A program made the translations under genes and the position numbers. From Myxococcota bacterium (lineage in GTDB: Bacteria; Myxococcota_A; UBA9160; UBA6930), in contig OZ245015.1 in the NCBI GenBank assembly GCA_965223705.1, forward strand, positions 4,384,001 to 4,448,000: 64,000 nt of DNA, read 5' to 3'. Under the pieces are notes generated by a model. It saw only the letters and a list, made by a program, of their open reading frames with translations, searched no databases and was not told where the DNA came from. Every line of letters starts with the position of its first letter. The first letter of the stretch is position 1. Of the stretch, positions 16,982-26,751 are shown piece after piece.

Positions 16982-18060
16982 CACGCGTCGTCGGATTCTT
17001 TTCGAAGCTGCTGCTGCTGGCCTTTTCGCTGGCCGTCGCCCTCGGCGCCACCGAGCTTCTTCTCCGAGCGGCGTGGCGTGGCTACTACGACAAGAACGTG
17101 CCCATCCCCCGTTTCGAGCCGCACGAAACGCGCGGCTACGAGAACGCCCGAGATGCGGAATACCGCCAAGGGAAACCCGAATGGGTGATGCACGTGCGCA
17201 CGAATTCACTGGGGTTCCGCGGTGGAGAGCCGCGAGACGAGAAGCTACGCATCCTCGCCGTGGGCGACTCGTTTACTTTTGGCTACGGCGTCTCCGAAGA
17301 CGAGACATGGACCACGCTTCTCGACAGGGCGCACGAGGAGGTCGAGGTCATCAACGCGGGCGTACCGGGTTACGGGACGGCGCACGAGCTGCTTCTTCTC
17401 GAAGAGCACGGTCCCACGCTCCGCCCGGACATTGTTCTTCTCGCGTTCTTTTGGAACGACGTTCTCGACAGCTACCACGCAGAGATTCCGCGCTTCCGGA
17501 CGGAAGGGGGGGAGCTCATTCGAGAAGTGCCCGCGCCCGACGCGGTAGCGAGCAAGCTCAGAACACGTCGCAGCAAGGAGCGTCTCCTCGCGAGGAGTTA
17601 CGCGTATCGCTTCTTTTCCGACCGCGCGAAAATCGCGCGCTTTCGATTGCGTCAGTGGTTTGGAATGGGCGATATCCACTCGTTCGGTACCGATCGCAAG
17701 GTCTTCGAGGAAGCCTGGGCGCTACAGGAAGCGCTGCTTCGAGCGTTCGCCTCCGCTTCCCGCGAGATCGGGGCGAAGCTTCTACTGATCGTCATCCCCG
17801 ACCAGGTTCAAGTACACACGGAGTGGCGCGTCGCCGGCGCCGGTGGGCTCGATCTCGACATCCAAGATCGCCTGGGAGAGATCGCGTCAAGCCTCGAGAT
17901 CGAAACGCTCGATCTACTTCCCGGGCTCAACGCCGCACGAGGCGATTCACCGCTCTATTTTCGCCAGGATCGACACTTGACAGCGTTGGGAAATCGCATC
18001 GTGGCGGAGCTGGTTCGCTCTCGACTCGAAGACGAGGCCTGGTGGCCGGTGTCTCGTTAA
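16978..18060 (+). CDS. SGNH/GDSL hydrolase family protein (membrane-anchored, AlgX-like)
   Basis: AVGDSFTFG, INAGVPGY, FFWND, DRHLTALGN; N-terminal TM. Confidence 0.85.
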   Translation: MTRVVGFFSKLLLLAFSLAVALGATELLLRAAWRGYYDKNVPIPRFEPHETRGYENARDAEYRQGKPEWVMHVRTNSLGFRGGEPRDEKLRILAVGDSFTFGYGVSEDETWTTLLDRAHEEVEVINAGVPGYGTAHELLLLEEHGPTLRPDIVLLAFFWNDVLDSYHAEIPRFRTEGGELIREVPAPDAVASKLRTRRSKERLLARSYAYRFFSDRAKIARFRLRQWFGMGDIHSFGTDRKVFEEAWALQEALLRAFASASREIGAKLLLIVIPDQVQVHTEWRVAGAGGLDLDIQDRLGEIASSLEIETLDLLPGLNAARGDSPLYFRQDRHLTALGNRIVAELVRSRLEDEAWWPVSR

Positions 18061-18114
18061 CGCTCCCGAATTTCCGTACCCGAGCCGGCGGTGAAAAAGA
18101 GCGCCGACGCTCGA

Positions 18115-19584
18115 CTAATCGAGGGGTTTGGTTTCGAACGCGTCGTCATCGGACGCCGTCGTGGCTTCGGTAAACGCATCCATCGAATCCGGCCACTGCG
18201 TTACGAGTCGTCCGGAAGAGCCGGCTCGATAGTAGAAGTCATTACCGCAGTCGAACTGCCAGACGTCGATGGCGTTGATGTCCGCCTGCAGTTTTTCGTT
18301 GAAAGCCGCGAGAAACTCCGGCCGGAGATCCATCCAGGCCAGCCGTTCGTTCTCCAAGCGCTCGAGCTTGCGAACGATGTATTCGCACTGCCTCTCGAGC
18401 ATGAACAGAATGCAGCCCTGATTGGTATTCGGCCCGTAGAGCATGAACAGGTTCGGGAAACCCGACGTCGTCATCCCCAGATAGGCTTGGGGGCCGTCGT
18501 TCCAAGCTTCGCGAAGGGGTTGGCCACCGCGGCCCGTCACGTCAAGCGCTTGCAAGTAGGTCGTCGTCTCGAAGCCCGTCGAGTAGATGATCACGTCGAC
18601 GTCGCGACTTTCATCACCCTCGACCGTCTCGATGCCCGTCGGGGTGATGCGCTGGATCTTGTCGGTCAGAAGCTCGACGTTGTCTCGATTGAACACGGGG
18701 TAGTAGAGGTCGGAGAAAAGCGGGCGCTTACAGCCGAACGGATGATCCGGGGTGAGCTTGCGACGAACTTCGGGATCGCGCACTTCTTGTAGCCGCTCCA
18801 TTCCCGCGGCTTCGATCTCGCCCAACGTCTTCTTGTCCTTGAACGTGGCCAGCGTGTTCCACACATCGTAAATCTGCTGCCTGCTCTCTTGCAGCGCGTC
18901 GGGATCGGCGCGGAACTTCTCGAGCTCCTCTTCCGTGTAGGGCGTGTTCGGCTTGGGAACGACCCAGTTGGCCGTCCGTTGGTACAAGTGAAGTTGGCCG
19001 ACGTCCTTGGCGATTTCGGGGACAAACTGGATCGCGCTTGCGGCAATACCGATCACGCCGACGCGCTTGCCGCGCAGATCGACGTCGTGGTTCCAACGCG
19101 CGGAATGAAACCATTCGCCGCGAAAATCCTCGATCCCCGGGATGTCGGGCATCACGAGGTTGTTGAACATTCCGAGGGCACTTACAGCGATGCGAGATTC
19201 GTAGCGGTCGCCGCTCTCGGTGGTCACCGTCCAGCGCGCTTGTTCGTCGCTCCACGAAGCCGCCTGCACACGTGTTTCAAAGCGGATGTGGTCACGGATT
19301 CCGTACTTGTCGGCGATGTGATTCAGGTACGCGAGAATCTCCTCCTGGCCTGAGAACGGCCGCGACCAGTTGGGATTCGGCTCGAAAGAAAACGAATACA
19401 GGTGGGACTGCACGTCGCACTCGGCACCCGGATACCGGTTCCAGAACCACGTTCCACCGACGCCGGTGCCTTTCTCCAAAATGACGAAATCGTCGATACC
19501 GGCTTTCTTGAGCTGCACCCCCATACAAAGGCCGGCCGATCCGGCTCCGATGATGACGACGTGGTGGGCGTGCTTCTGTGTCAT
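18115..19584 (-). CDS. Baeyer-Villiger-type flavin monooxygenase
   Basis: GAGSAG, GGTWFWNRYPGAECDV, FRGEWFHSARWNHD fingerprint, STGF, GPNT. Confidence 0.92.
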   Translation of the reverse strand: MTQKHAHHVVIIGAGSAGLCMGVQLKKAGIDDFVILEKGTGVGGTWFWNRYPGAECDVQSHLYSFSFEPNPNWSRPFSGQEEILAYLNHIADKYGIRDHIRFETRVQAASWSDEQARWTVTTESGDRYESRIAVSALGMFNNLVMPDIPGIEDFRGEWFHSARWNHDVDLRGKRVGVIGIAASAIQFVPEIAKDVGQLHLYQRTANWVVPKPNTPYTEEELEKFRADPDALQESRQQIYDVWNTLATFKDKKTLGEIEAAGMERLQEVRDPEVRRKLTPDHPFGCKRPLFSDLYYPVFNRDNVELLTDKIQRITPTGIETVEGDESRDVDVIIYSTGFETTTYLQALDVTGRGGQPLREAWNDGPQAYLGMTTSGFPNLFMLYGPNTNQGCILFMLERQCEYIVRKLERLENERLAWMDLRPEFLAAFNEKLQADINAIDVWQFDCGNDFYYRAGSSGRLVTQWPDSMDAFTEATTASDDDAFETKPLD

Positions 19585-19695
19585 GATGATCTCCTCGCTC
19601 GACGGCCGTCTAGCCTATCAGATCCGTCCTCGCGGGGCTGAAACCGGAGAGCGAAGTCGGGCATAAGGTCCCCAGACGTTCGCCGGAACGAGCCG

Positions 19696-20505
19696 ATGGA
19701 ACGAACCAAAGAGCTCCCGTTAACCGCACACACCGGATTTTGGCTGACCTTGGCCGTCGCCGCGGCTGGGGCGGCGGTCATCTGGTCGATGTGGGAGTCG
19801 CTCACGCTACTCCTGGCGCGCGTCGAGTTCGCGCTCGCTTCTACGGTCCCCGAACACTGGATCGGCAATGCGGCTTGGTACAGCCTCCCCGTGTTGGGCT
19901 TCTTCGCGGGGCTGCTCGCGAGTATCTCCCCCTGCATTCTTCCCCTCGTGCCGCTCAACGCGGCATTTATCGGAGCCGCAGAAGCGACGGGACTGCGGGC
20001 GGTGCTGATCTCCGCGCGGTTCGTGCTGGGCGCGGCTCTCGCGCTGGCGATCCTCGGGCTTTTGACCGACCTCGCGGGGACGCTCCTGGTCGAGCAACGC
20101 GGCTTCGTTCTCCTCGCGGCGGGACTCGCGCTGCTCCTCTTTGCAGCGGCTCTGCTCGAGCTCGTGTCCTTGCCTTTCTCCGGGGCCTCCCTGTTCGCCG
20201 ATCGTCCACTCGGCCCGGTCGCGGCCGGTGCGGCATTCGCCCTGGTGACGACGCCGTGTGCCAGCCCACTTCTCGGAGGTCTCTTGACCGCGGCTGCGGC
20301 GAGCGGCGCTGCGGGGCTGACCTCGCTTGCGATGCTCTCCTTTGCCGTGGGCTACACCGCGCTGGTGTTCGTCGCTGGAGTATTCGGTGGGCAAGCCATC
20401 GAACGGTTGCGCCGTCGGTCGTACGTCGGCGCGCGCGCCTTGGGAGCCGCCGTGCTCGGCTTCACGGGCCTGGCCTTCCTCGTTTCCGGGATTCGTTGGT
20501 TCTAA
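19696..20505 (+). CDS. ccdA: CcdA/DsbD-beta family transmembrane electron transporter
   Basis: SISPCILP and TTPCASP Cys-Pro motifs; 6+ TM helices. Confidence 0.85.
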   Translation: MERTKELPLTAHTGFWLTLAVAAAGAAVIWSMWESLTLLLARVEFALASTVPEHWIGNAAWYSLPVLGFFAGLLASISPCILPLVPLNAAFIGAAEATGLRAVLISARFVLGAALALAILGLLTDLAGTLLVEQRGFVLLAAGLALLLFAAALLELVSLPFSGASLFADRPLGPVAAGAAFALVTTPCASPLLGGLLTAAAASGAAGLTSLAMLSFAVGYTALVFVAGVFGGQAIERLRRRSYVGARALGAAVLGFTGLAFLVSGIRWF

Positions 20506-20517
20506 GGACGGGGCGCT

Positions 20518-20737
20518 ATGAAGTCATTCGAATCGCTTTTTCTCATGAGCCTCTTCCTCCTTTTGCTGATCTCGTCGAGCGCACAGGCCGTCGACCCGGT
20601 CTACTCCAACTGGCGCGGTCCGGCCATCACCGGCGCCGACCCGGTCGCCTACTCCACCGAAGGGGAAAGCCGCAGACATTCCCGGTCACATCAACAAAGC
20701 GGATCGGAACTGGTCCGCGAACCTCAGAGGGGATTGA
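20518..20737 (+). pseudogene. YHS-domain (seleno)protein family remnant with internal deletion
   Basis: Signal peptide and AITGADPVAY (family N-terminal motif), then in another frame DIPGHINKADRNWS (family C-terminal motif); central domain absent. Confidence 0.7.
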
Positions 20738-21467
20738 ACCGAGCGTGCATCCAGTTCGCTCGTCGCGGCGTGAATCGACACTGGACGTCTCGCACCGCGA
20801 GTGCGATCCGTGCGAGCAGCCGATCTCGGACCGTCGGTGCTCTCGGACGGGTCACTGCCTCGCCGCAGGCGGTACACGGCTCGTCCTGCTCGTAGGTCCC
20901 GTAGGGATTCCCGGCCCGCTCCATCAGCCACGCCGACAAAGCGTTGGTTCCCAACTCGGATTTGCCGACGAAAGCGACCTCCGACGCCCGCATCGACCCG
21001 AAAAGATCGCGCAGACGCGCCTCATCAAAGCTATTCACGTGGCCCCAAGGTGGGTTTGTCGCTCCACAAGCGGCGCAGGTGGTGCAACCGTGGCGGATAT
21101 CCTGACGAAACGGAACGCCGACCAGTAGTTCTCCACGCGTCACGCGCGCCAATTCGCTGCAGGCGTCGTAAAGACCGGGCTCGGGAACGTGTTCGAGCAC
21201 CTCAGCGCACAGGACGAAGTCGAATGTCCGGTCGGGGAACGTCAGGTTTGTGACATCGCCCGCGACACAGCGGATCTTATCGCCGTCGATCTCGGGCTCT
21301 ACGAGATCAAGCGCCCACACTTCTTCGAAGCGCTCTGCCAGAATCTTGGCGAAAAAACCATCCCGCGCCCCGACGTCGAGAGCGACGCGGCCGGTGGGAA
21401 AACGTTCCGATAGGTGCGCTGCTCGCTCGCGCTCGGTCGCTGATGCCCGGTACTTGTCGGCGTCCAT
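20724..21467 (-). CDS. Class I SAM-dependent methyltransferase with Cys pairs
   Basis: ALDVGARDG, FDFVLCAEVLEHV; CAAC and CTAC pairs. Confidence 0.85.
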   Translation of the reverse strand: MDADKYRASATERERAAHLSERFPTGRVALDVGARDGFFAKILAERFEEVWALDLVEPEIDGDKIRCVAGDVTNLTFPDRTFDFVLCAEVLEHVPEPGLYDACSELARVTRGELLVGVPFRQDIRHGCTTCAACGATNPPWGHVNSFDEARLRDLFGSMRASEVAFVGKSELGTNALSAWLMERAGNPYGTYEQDEPCTACGEAVTRPRAPTVRDRLLARIALAVRDVQCRFTPRRANWMHARFNPL

Positions 21468-21543
21468 AGCAGTCCTACACCTGTGATAGCTTCCGGGCTC
21501 GCCTGAGCCAACCTCCAAAGTTTTTCTCGGAGACACCATCAAA

Positions 21544-23070
21544 GTGGCAGCGGCACGTAGCGGGCACGCCTGGCAAACCGCGAAGAACATTGTTTCGAGC
21601 TGGGGCGCCATGTTCGCCGTTGCCATGATCAGCTTCTTCCTGTCTCCGTTCATTGTGCACCGCCTGGGAAACGAAGCTTACGGTGTCTGGATTCTTCTCT
21701 ACTCAATCGTCGGCTACTTGGGGTTGCTCGACCTCGGCGTTCGCAGCGCGGTCACGAAATACCTCGCCACGTTGTACGCGACCGAGCAGCACGAGGAGGC
21801 GAACCACATCGCTTCGGCGGCCTTGGCGCTCTTCGCCGCGGCCGGTTTCTTCGCCGTCCTTTCGACGTTCGCGCTCGCCCAGGTCGGCCTCGGGTGGTTT
21901 GACGTCTCACCTGAGCTCCTAGGCGCCGCCCGCCTCGTGCTTCAGCTGGGTGGCTTGACCGTGGCGAGCGCGATCATCGGCGGTGTGTTCGGTGGCATTG
22001 TCGTCGCCCGTCAACGCCTCGATCTGCTGAACCTCGTGAGCCTGATCCATGAGATTGTTCGCGCGGCTGCCATCGTCTTCGCGCTCTCCGATGGAGGCGG
22101 CATCGTCGCGCTCGCCGTCATCCAGCTCCTGACCTCTCTCTCGCTGGGATTGGTGACGTTCGCCCTGAGCCGACGGGTCTATCCCGAAGTGAAACCATGG
22201 CGTTTCCAGTTTCGTCGCGACCACCTTCAAACGGTGTTGTCCTTCGGCTTTTTCGCGACGCTGCTCCACGCTTCGACGATGATCGTGAACTACACCGACT
22301 CCCTCGTAATCGGCGCGTTCCTGCCCATCAGTATGATCACGTTCTTCGCGATCAGCGCGAACCTCGTCGAACAAGCGCGCAACCTGTCGGCCGGTATCTC
22401 GCGATCCGTGTCGCCGGTCGCGAGTGCCCTCGACGTCGAACGAGATCGCTCTCGTGTGGGACAGGTGCTTCTCTCGGGAGCTCGCCTCTCGAGCCTCGTC
22501 TGCTTTCCGATCGTCGTGACGTTTCTATTGCGTGGCCACTCGTTCATCGGACTGTGGATGGGGGAGGAATTCGCGAAACCGGCGGGCGATGTGCTGTTCG
22601 TCCTCGCCCTGGGGCTGTGGGTGTATGCGGGCTTCCACGTCTGTGTCGCCATCATCATCGGGATCGATGAGCACCGGGGGTTGGTGCCGGCGTTCATCGC
22701 CGAGGCAATCTGTAACGCGGTGCTGAGCATTTTGCTGGTCGAGCACTACGGCCTGCTCGGGGTCGCTTTCGGGACCCTGATACCTCGCGCGGTGATGTCT
22801 TTAGCGTTCGGCCCGCTGTACACCCGCCGCGTCGTCGGCGTTCCCGTTCGTCGCTATCTGGGCGACGTCGTGCTTCGGCCCACACTCTCGATGGCGTTCT
22901 TCGCGGCGGCCACGTGGGCGACCGAGCGATACTTCCCGGCGGCGAACCTCGCCGTCTACTTCGCGCAAGTCGCCGTCGCCTGCCCACTCGCGCTCGTGGG
23001 CGCCTGGGCGATGTGCTTGACGGCCGAAGAGCGCGCCCAATTGCGCGGGCTCGTCCGACGCAGCGCCTAG
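21544..23070 (+). CDS. Wzx-like polysaccharide flippase (MOP superfamily)
   Basis: 'HRLGNEAYGVW...LLDLGV' start motif; about 12-14 TM helices. Confidence 0.85.
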   Translation: MAAARSGHAWQTAKNIVSSWGAMFAVAMISFFLSPFIVHRLGNEAYGVWILLYSIVGYLGLLDLGVRSAVTKYLATLYATEQHEEANHIASAALALFAAAGFFAVLSTFALAQVGLGWFDVSPELLGAARLVLQLGGLTVASAIIGGVFGGIVVARQRLDLLNLVSLIHEIVRAAAIVFALSDGGGIVALAVIQLLTSLSLGLVTFALSRRVYPEVKPWRFQFRRDHLQTVLSFGFFATLLHASTMIVNYTDSLVIGAFLPISMITFFAISANLVEQARNLSAGISRSVSPVASALDVERDRSRVGQVLLSGARLSSLVCFPIVVTFLLRGHSFIGLWMGEEFAKPAGDVLFVLALGLWVYAGFHVCVAIIIGIDEHRGLVPAFIAEAICNAVLSILLVEHYGLLGVAFGTLIPRAVMSLAFGPLYTRRVVGVPVRRYLGDVVLRPTLSMAFFAAATWATERYFPAANLAVYFAQVAVACPLALVGAWAMCLTAEERAQLRGLVRRSA

Positions 23071-24794
23071 CGGGACAGCGCGAAAGCGATCACGGTGTCC
23101 CCCTGCGGAGAACCCAGGTAGGGGTGGCCCGAAGCGGCGACGGCGACGAACTGGCGTCCTTCGATGGCGTAGCTCACCGGCGGAGCGTGGATTCCGGCCC
23201 CGCACGAGAAACTCCACAAGCGGTCGCCGTCCTCGGCGTCGAAGGCATTGAACGTTCCGTCCGATTCTCCCATGAAGACGAGGTTCCCAGCCGTCGCCAG
23301 CACGCCGCCGATGAGCGGCTCTTCCGTCTTCACTTGCCAGCGGATCCGCCCATTCCCACGTGTGTCCACCGCGCTCAGGGTCCCCCAGCTCGGGGCGTCG
23401 ACATCGGGTTCCGTCAGAATGAATTCCCGACGCGGACCGCCGCCTTCCCAGACGCGTTTCACGAAGCGGGTCGGCTTGTGTACAGCCGGGATGTAGAGCC
23501 ACCCATTCTTCGTGTTGTAGGAGACCGGTGACCAGGACGCCCCGCCGAACGATCCCGGCGAAATGGTGATCCCATCGATGGTGGGCTCGGAAAACATCAA
23601 CTTTTGCGGAACCAGGGGATCGGACTTCCAGAGGAGCTCGCCCGTCTCTCGGTGATGGGCGTAGAACCATCCCGTCTTTCCCGCGACGCCCACCGCGGGA
23701 ATGGACGCCTCACCACGGTTCCAATCGAAGAGAACGGGTGTGCTGGCTACGTCGTAGCCCCAAACGTCGCGCGGCACTTGCTGGTAGTGCCAACGGACTT
23801 CTCCGGTCGCTGCGTCGAGTGCCACGAGAGAGCTCGCGTAGAGGTTGTCTCCGGGTCGGAGGTCGGGAACGTCGTTGGGCGAGGCATTGCCGGTCCCGAC
23901 AAACAGCAACCCGCGCTCGGCATCAAACGCCGGGGTTCCCCAGGTGGAGCTGCCGCCCCGGAGATACGCCTGCCCAAGGGTCGGCGCGCTCTCCCGTTCG
24001 GCTTCGGTGTTTCGCGGGAGCGTAAAACCGTCGGGTGTCGTCGAGCTGAACGCTCCTTCCCAACCTTCGTTTTTCGTCGTGTAAAACCGCCACCGCTCTT
24101 CGCCCGTAGCTGCATCGAACGCGGCGACGAATCCTCGGCGGCCTCCAAACGAATCGAGTTCCGGTGGGCGATCCGAGCGCACGCCGGTTCCGAGGTTGTA
24201 ATAGAGGCCGTAACCCGCCAAGGTCGTTCCGACGATGACGGAGTCGCCGACGACCGTCGGCGCCATCTTCGCCGAAAGGCGGTCGAGGTTCGCGGCGATG
24301 GTTTCCGCTTGGGCCGGCGGCACTTCTGCGAGCTCGCCGGGACCGGGGGCCGCGATCACGCGATCCCAGAGGATTTCTCCCGTTTCAAAGTCGAGGGCGA
24401 TCAGACGACCATCGTTCGTCGCCTGATAGACCCGCTCCCCTTGTCTCGCCGCACCCCGATTCGTTCCGCGATTTCGCGGATGGTCGCTGCGCGGTATGTG
24501 GTTGTAGCGCCAGAGGGGGTTCCCCGTGGCCGCATCGAGTTTGACGACGTCGTTGCCCGGCAGGGTCAAGATCATGGCCGCGTCTGTGACGATGGGCTGC
24601 GCTTGGATCGGACCGATGCTTCCGGATTGGTAGACCCACGCGGGAACCAGGCCGCGGACGGAATCGCGGTCGATCTGGGTAAGCCCTGAAAACCGATGGT
24701 TCGCGTGCCCGTTCCCGAAACTCGCCCACTCTTCGGCGGCGACCCGGGCCGACAACGCGAGGGCCAGCAGCCCGATGACCCCGTACTTCGTCAT
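23067..24794 (-). CDS. Periplasmic PQQ-binding beta-propeller dehydrogenase-like protein
   Basis: Signal peptide; Trp-docking repeats (LDAATGNPLW, FDAATGEERW); GTGNASP, RPGDNLYASS, AGKTGW, GRQFVAVAAS. Confidence 0.88.
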   Translation of the reverse strand: MTKYGVIGLLALALSARVAAEEWASFGNGHANHRFSGLTQIDRDSVRGLVPAWVYQSGSIGPIQAQPIVTDAAMILTLPGNDVVKLDAATGNPLWRYNHIPRSDHPRNRGTNRGAARQGERVYQATNDGRLIALDFETGEILWDRVIAAPGPGELAEVPPAQAETIAANLDRLSAKMAPTVVGDSVIVGTTLAGYGLYYNLGTGVRSDRPPELDSFGGRRGFVAAFDAATGEERWRFYTTKNEGWEGAFSSTTPDGFTLPRNTEAERESAPTLGQAYLRGGSSTWGTPAFDAERGLLFVGTGNASPNDVPDLRPGDNLYASSLVALDAATGEVRWHYQQVPRDVWGYDVASTPVLFDWNRGEASIPAVGVAGKTGWFYAHHRETGELLWKSDPLVPQKLMFSEPTIDGITISPGSFGGASWSPVSYNTKNGWLYIPAVHKPTRFVKRVWEGGGPRREFILTEPDVDAPSWGTLSAVDTRGNGRIRWQVKTEEPLIGGVLATAGNLVFMGESDGTFNAFDAEDGDRLWSFSCGAGIHAPPVSYAIEGRQFVAVAASGHPYLGSPQGDTVIAFALSR

Positions 24795-24864
24795 ACATCC
24801 TCCCACGCAATCGATACACCGAGCCTTCTAGCGCGTTCTACGGCCAGGTGCGAAGGTTCGGGCG

Positions 24865-25458
24865 TTGGACGACTACTACGCCCCGCACCCGACGCGTCGA
24901 CTCGACGAACCCCTGGTACTCGCCGGCCAGGTCGGTTCGGGTGTCGCGCAGATCGGCCGGGCGATGGCCGCCCGCACGGGGATCCCGTTTTCCGACGTCG
25001 ACCGGATGGTCGAGAACGCCGTCGGCCACTCCCTGCCCCACCTGCTCTCAAAGCGCGGCCTCGGAGTTCTCGTTCACGAGAGTCTCTACGCACTCGATCG
25101 CGCGCTGACGCGACGCCCGCCTGGGATCGTCATTCTGGGCAGCGCGGCCGTGACACAGGAACAGTTGCAACCGTTTCTCGATCGGGCCCGCTTTGTCTTC
25201 GTGACGCGCCCGAAGGAAGTGCTCTTTCGACGTGTGCGAGCGCAGCTCGAGGCCAACCCGGGCAGTCTGTTTCAATTTCAGCTGGCCGAACCGCGCGCTG
25301 TCTCGGATCTCGAGCCACTCCTCGCTGCCCGCGATTCCACCCTGCGGCACGCCCACGCAGTCGTCGAGGCTGGAGACCGACACGCCAATGAGATCGCGAC
25401 CGAGCTCCTCGGCGCTCTCGATCGCTTCTTGGGTGTGGTATCGCTCGCCGACCCCTAG
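24865..25458 (+). CDS. Shikimate-kinase-like protein with degenerate P-loop
   Basis: LVLAGQVGSGVAQIGRAMAARTGIPFSDVDRMVE...IVILGSAAV matches the AroK layout; TTG start. Confidence 0.6.
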   Translation: MDDYYAPHPTRRLDEPLVLAGQVGSGVAQIGRAMAARTGIPFSDVDRMVENAVGHSLPHLLSKRGLGVLVHESLYALDRALTRRPPGIVILGSAAVTQEQLQPFLDRARFVFVTRPKEVLFRRVRAQLEANPGSLFQFQLAEPRAVSDLEPLLAARDSTLRHAHAVVEAGDRHANEIATELLGALDRFLGVVSLADP

Positions 25459-25625
25459 GCCTTGCTCCTACGCGGACAGGCCTTTTGCTCGCTTTCAGAA
25501 CAAGGGCAGTTGGCGCCGACGCCGCCGCATGAGCCTTTGAGACTCCGACCGGTGAGCAGCACGCCGCCAGACATGGCGAAAACGGTGATCGCGAAGACGA
25601 CCAGGGTGGCGATGAGGAGTTCCAT
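25455..25625 (-). CDS. nqrM: Na+-NQR maturation factor NqrM
   Basis: TM helix followed by LKGSCGG and further Cys residues; GGAGG RBS; downstream of apbE. Confidence 0.85.
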   Translation of the reverse strand: MELLIATLVVFAITVFAMSGGVLLTGRSLKGSCGGVGANCPCSESEQKACPRRSKA

Positions 25626-25638
25626 GTGAGCCTCCGAA

Positions 25639-26751
25639 CTATTCGGGCAGCAGGTGCGGTGCGAAGGCTTCGGTGAACTGCACCTCGAAGCCATCCGACG
25701 CGCGGGTCATCAAGTACGCCGCGAGCCCCAGACGTGAAGCCAAAGCGTAGCCCTCATCCGGCCCCAAGACCGACAGTGCCGTAGCCCACGCATCGGCCCA
25801 CATGGCCTCGGCGTGTAGCACTGTCACGGAGGCCAAGGCGTGCGTGACCGGGGCCCCGACCCGGGGGTCGATGGTGTGGGAATAGCGCTGACCGTCTCGC
25901 TCGTAGAAGTTCCGATAGTCCCCTGAGGTAGCCATGGCCATGTCGCGCAGCACCACGACGCGATGGATGCTGAAACCCGCCGCCTCGGGAGTTTCGATCG
26001 CCACCCGCCAGTCGCGTCCGTTTCTGTGCTGCCCCTCCGCCCGCAGCTCGCCGCCGATTTCCACGAGGAAAGCGGTGTGACCGAGGTCGGCCAACCCGCG
26101 CGCCACTTCGTCGACGGCGAACCCCTTGGCCAGCGCCGAGAGATCGCAGGACAGCTCCGGAACCGTCTTCCGGACCGTCCCGGCGCTTCCGTCGATTTCG
26201 AGTTTCTGGTAGCCGGTTCGCTCGCGCAGGCGCGTGCGTTCGAGCGGGTCGGGGACGCGGGGCGAAGCCGACGGACCAAAACCCCAGGCCTCGACCAGAG
26301 GGCCAACGGTGACATCGAAGGCGCCCCCCGAAGCGTCGCTCACGACGCGCGCCGCCTCGAAAACGCGCAAGGTCGCGGGCGTAGCGGCAAAGGGCTCTGT
26401 CGAACGAGAAGCGTTGAAGCGCGACAGCTCGGAATCGTCTCGCCACGTCGACATCGCGGCGTCCACCGCCGCGATGCGAGCCTCGATGGATTCCTGCGCT
26501 TGCGCGACCGCGCTCTCATCGAGCTCTCCAGCGATCTTGACACTCCACGTCGTGCCGAGCGCGGCGCCGCGAAGCTCTTCGACCGGACGCTCTGGACGAG
26601 CGCCGTACAAGCGAATCGTGGCCGCGGCGAGCACCAGGAGCAGCACACCGAGAACGATCCGCGCGCGAAGCGGGAGTGGCGTGTGGCGAGGAGACGACCC
26701 CGGATTGTCCGTGCTCAGATGAAGAGGAGACTTCGGACTACCCGAAGTCAT
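25639..26751 (-). CDS. apbE: FAD:protein FMN transferase ApbE (start uncertain)
   Basis: [56 protein letters not shown]. Confidence 0.93.
   Translation of the reverse strand: MTSGSPKSPLHLSTDNPGSSPRHTPLPLRARIVLGVLLLVLAAATIRLYGARPERPVEELRGAALGTTWSVKIAGELDESAVAQAQESIEARIAAVDAAMSTWRDDSELSRFNASRSTEPFAATPATLRVFEAARVVSDASGGAFDVTVGPLVEAWGFGPSASPRVPDPLERTRLRERTGYQKLEIDGSAGTVRKTVPELSCDLSALAKGFAVDEVARGLADLGHTAFLVEIGGELRAEGQHRNGRDWRVAIETPEAAGFSIHRVVVLRDMAMATSGDYRNFYERDGQRYSHTIDPRVGAPVTHALASVTVLHAEAMWADAWATALSVLGPDEGYALASRLGLAAYLMTRASDGFEVQFTEAFAPHLLPE
26729..26749 (-). terminator. Stem-loop containing the nqrF stop codon (possible attenuator or stability hairpin)
   Basis: GACTTCGG-GTAGT-CCGAAGTC perfect 8-bp stem followed by a pyrimidine run TCCTCTTC. 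Confidence 0.45.

Noticed and set aside
6783..25000. Genomic island integrated at tRNA-Arg
   Set aside because: No integrase, no att duplication seen and no obvious compositional shift
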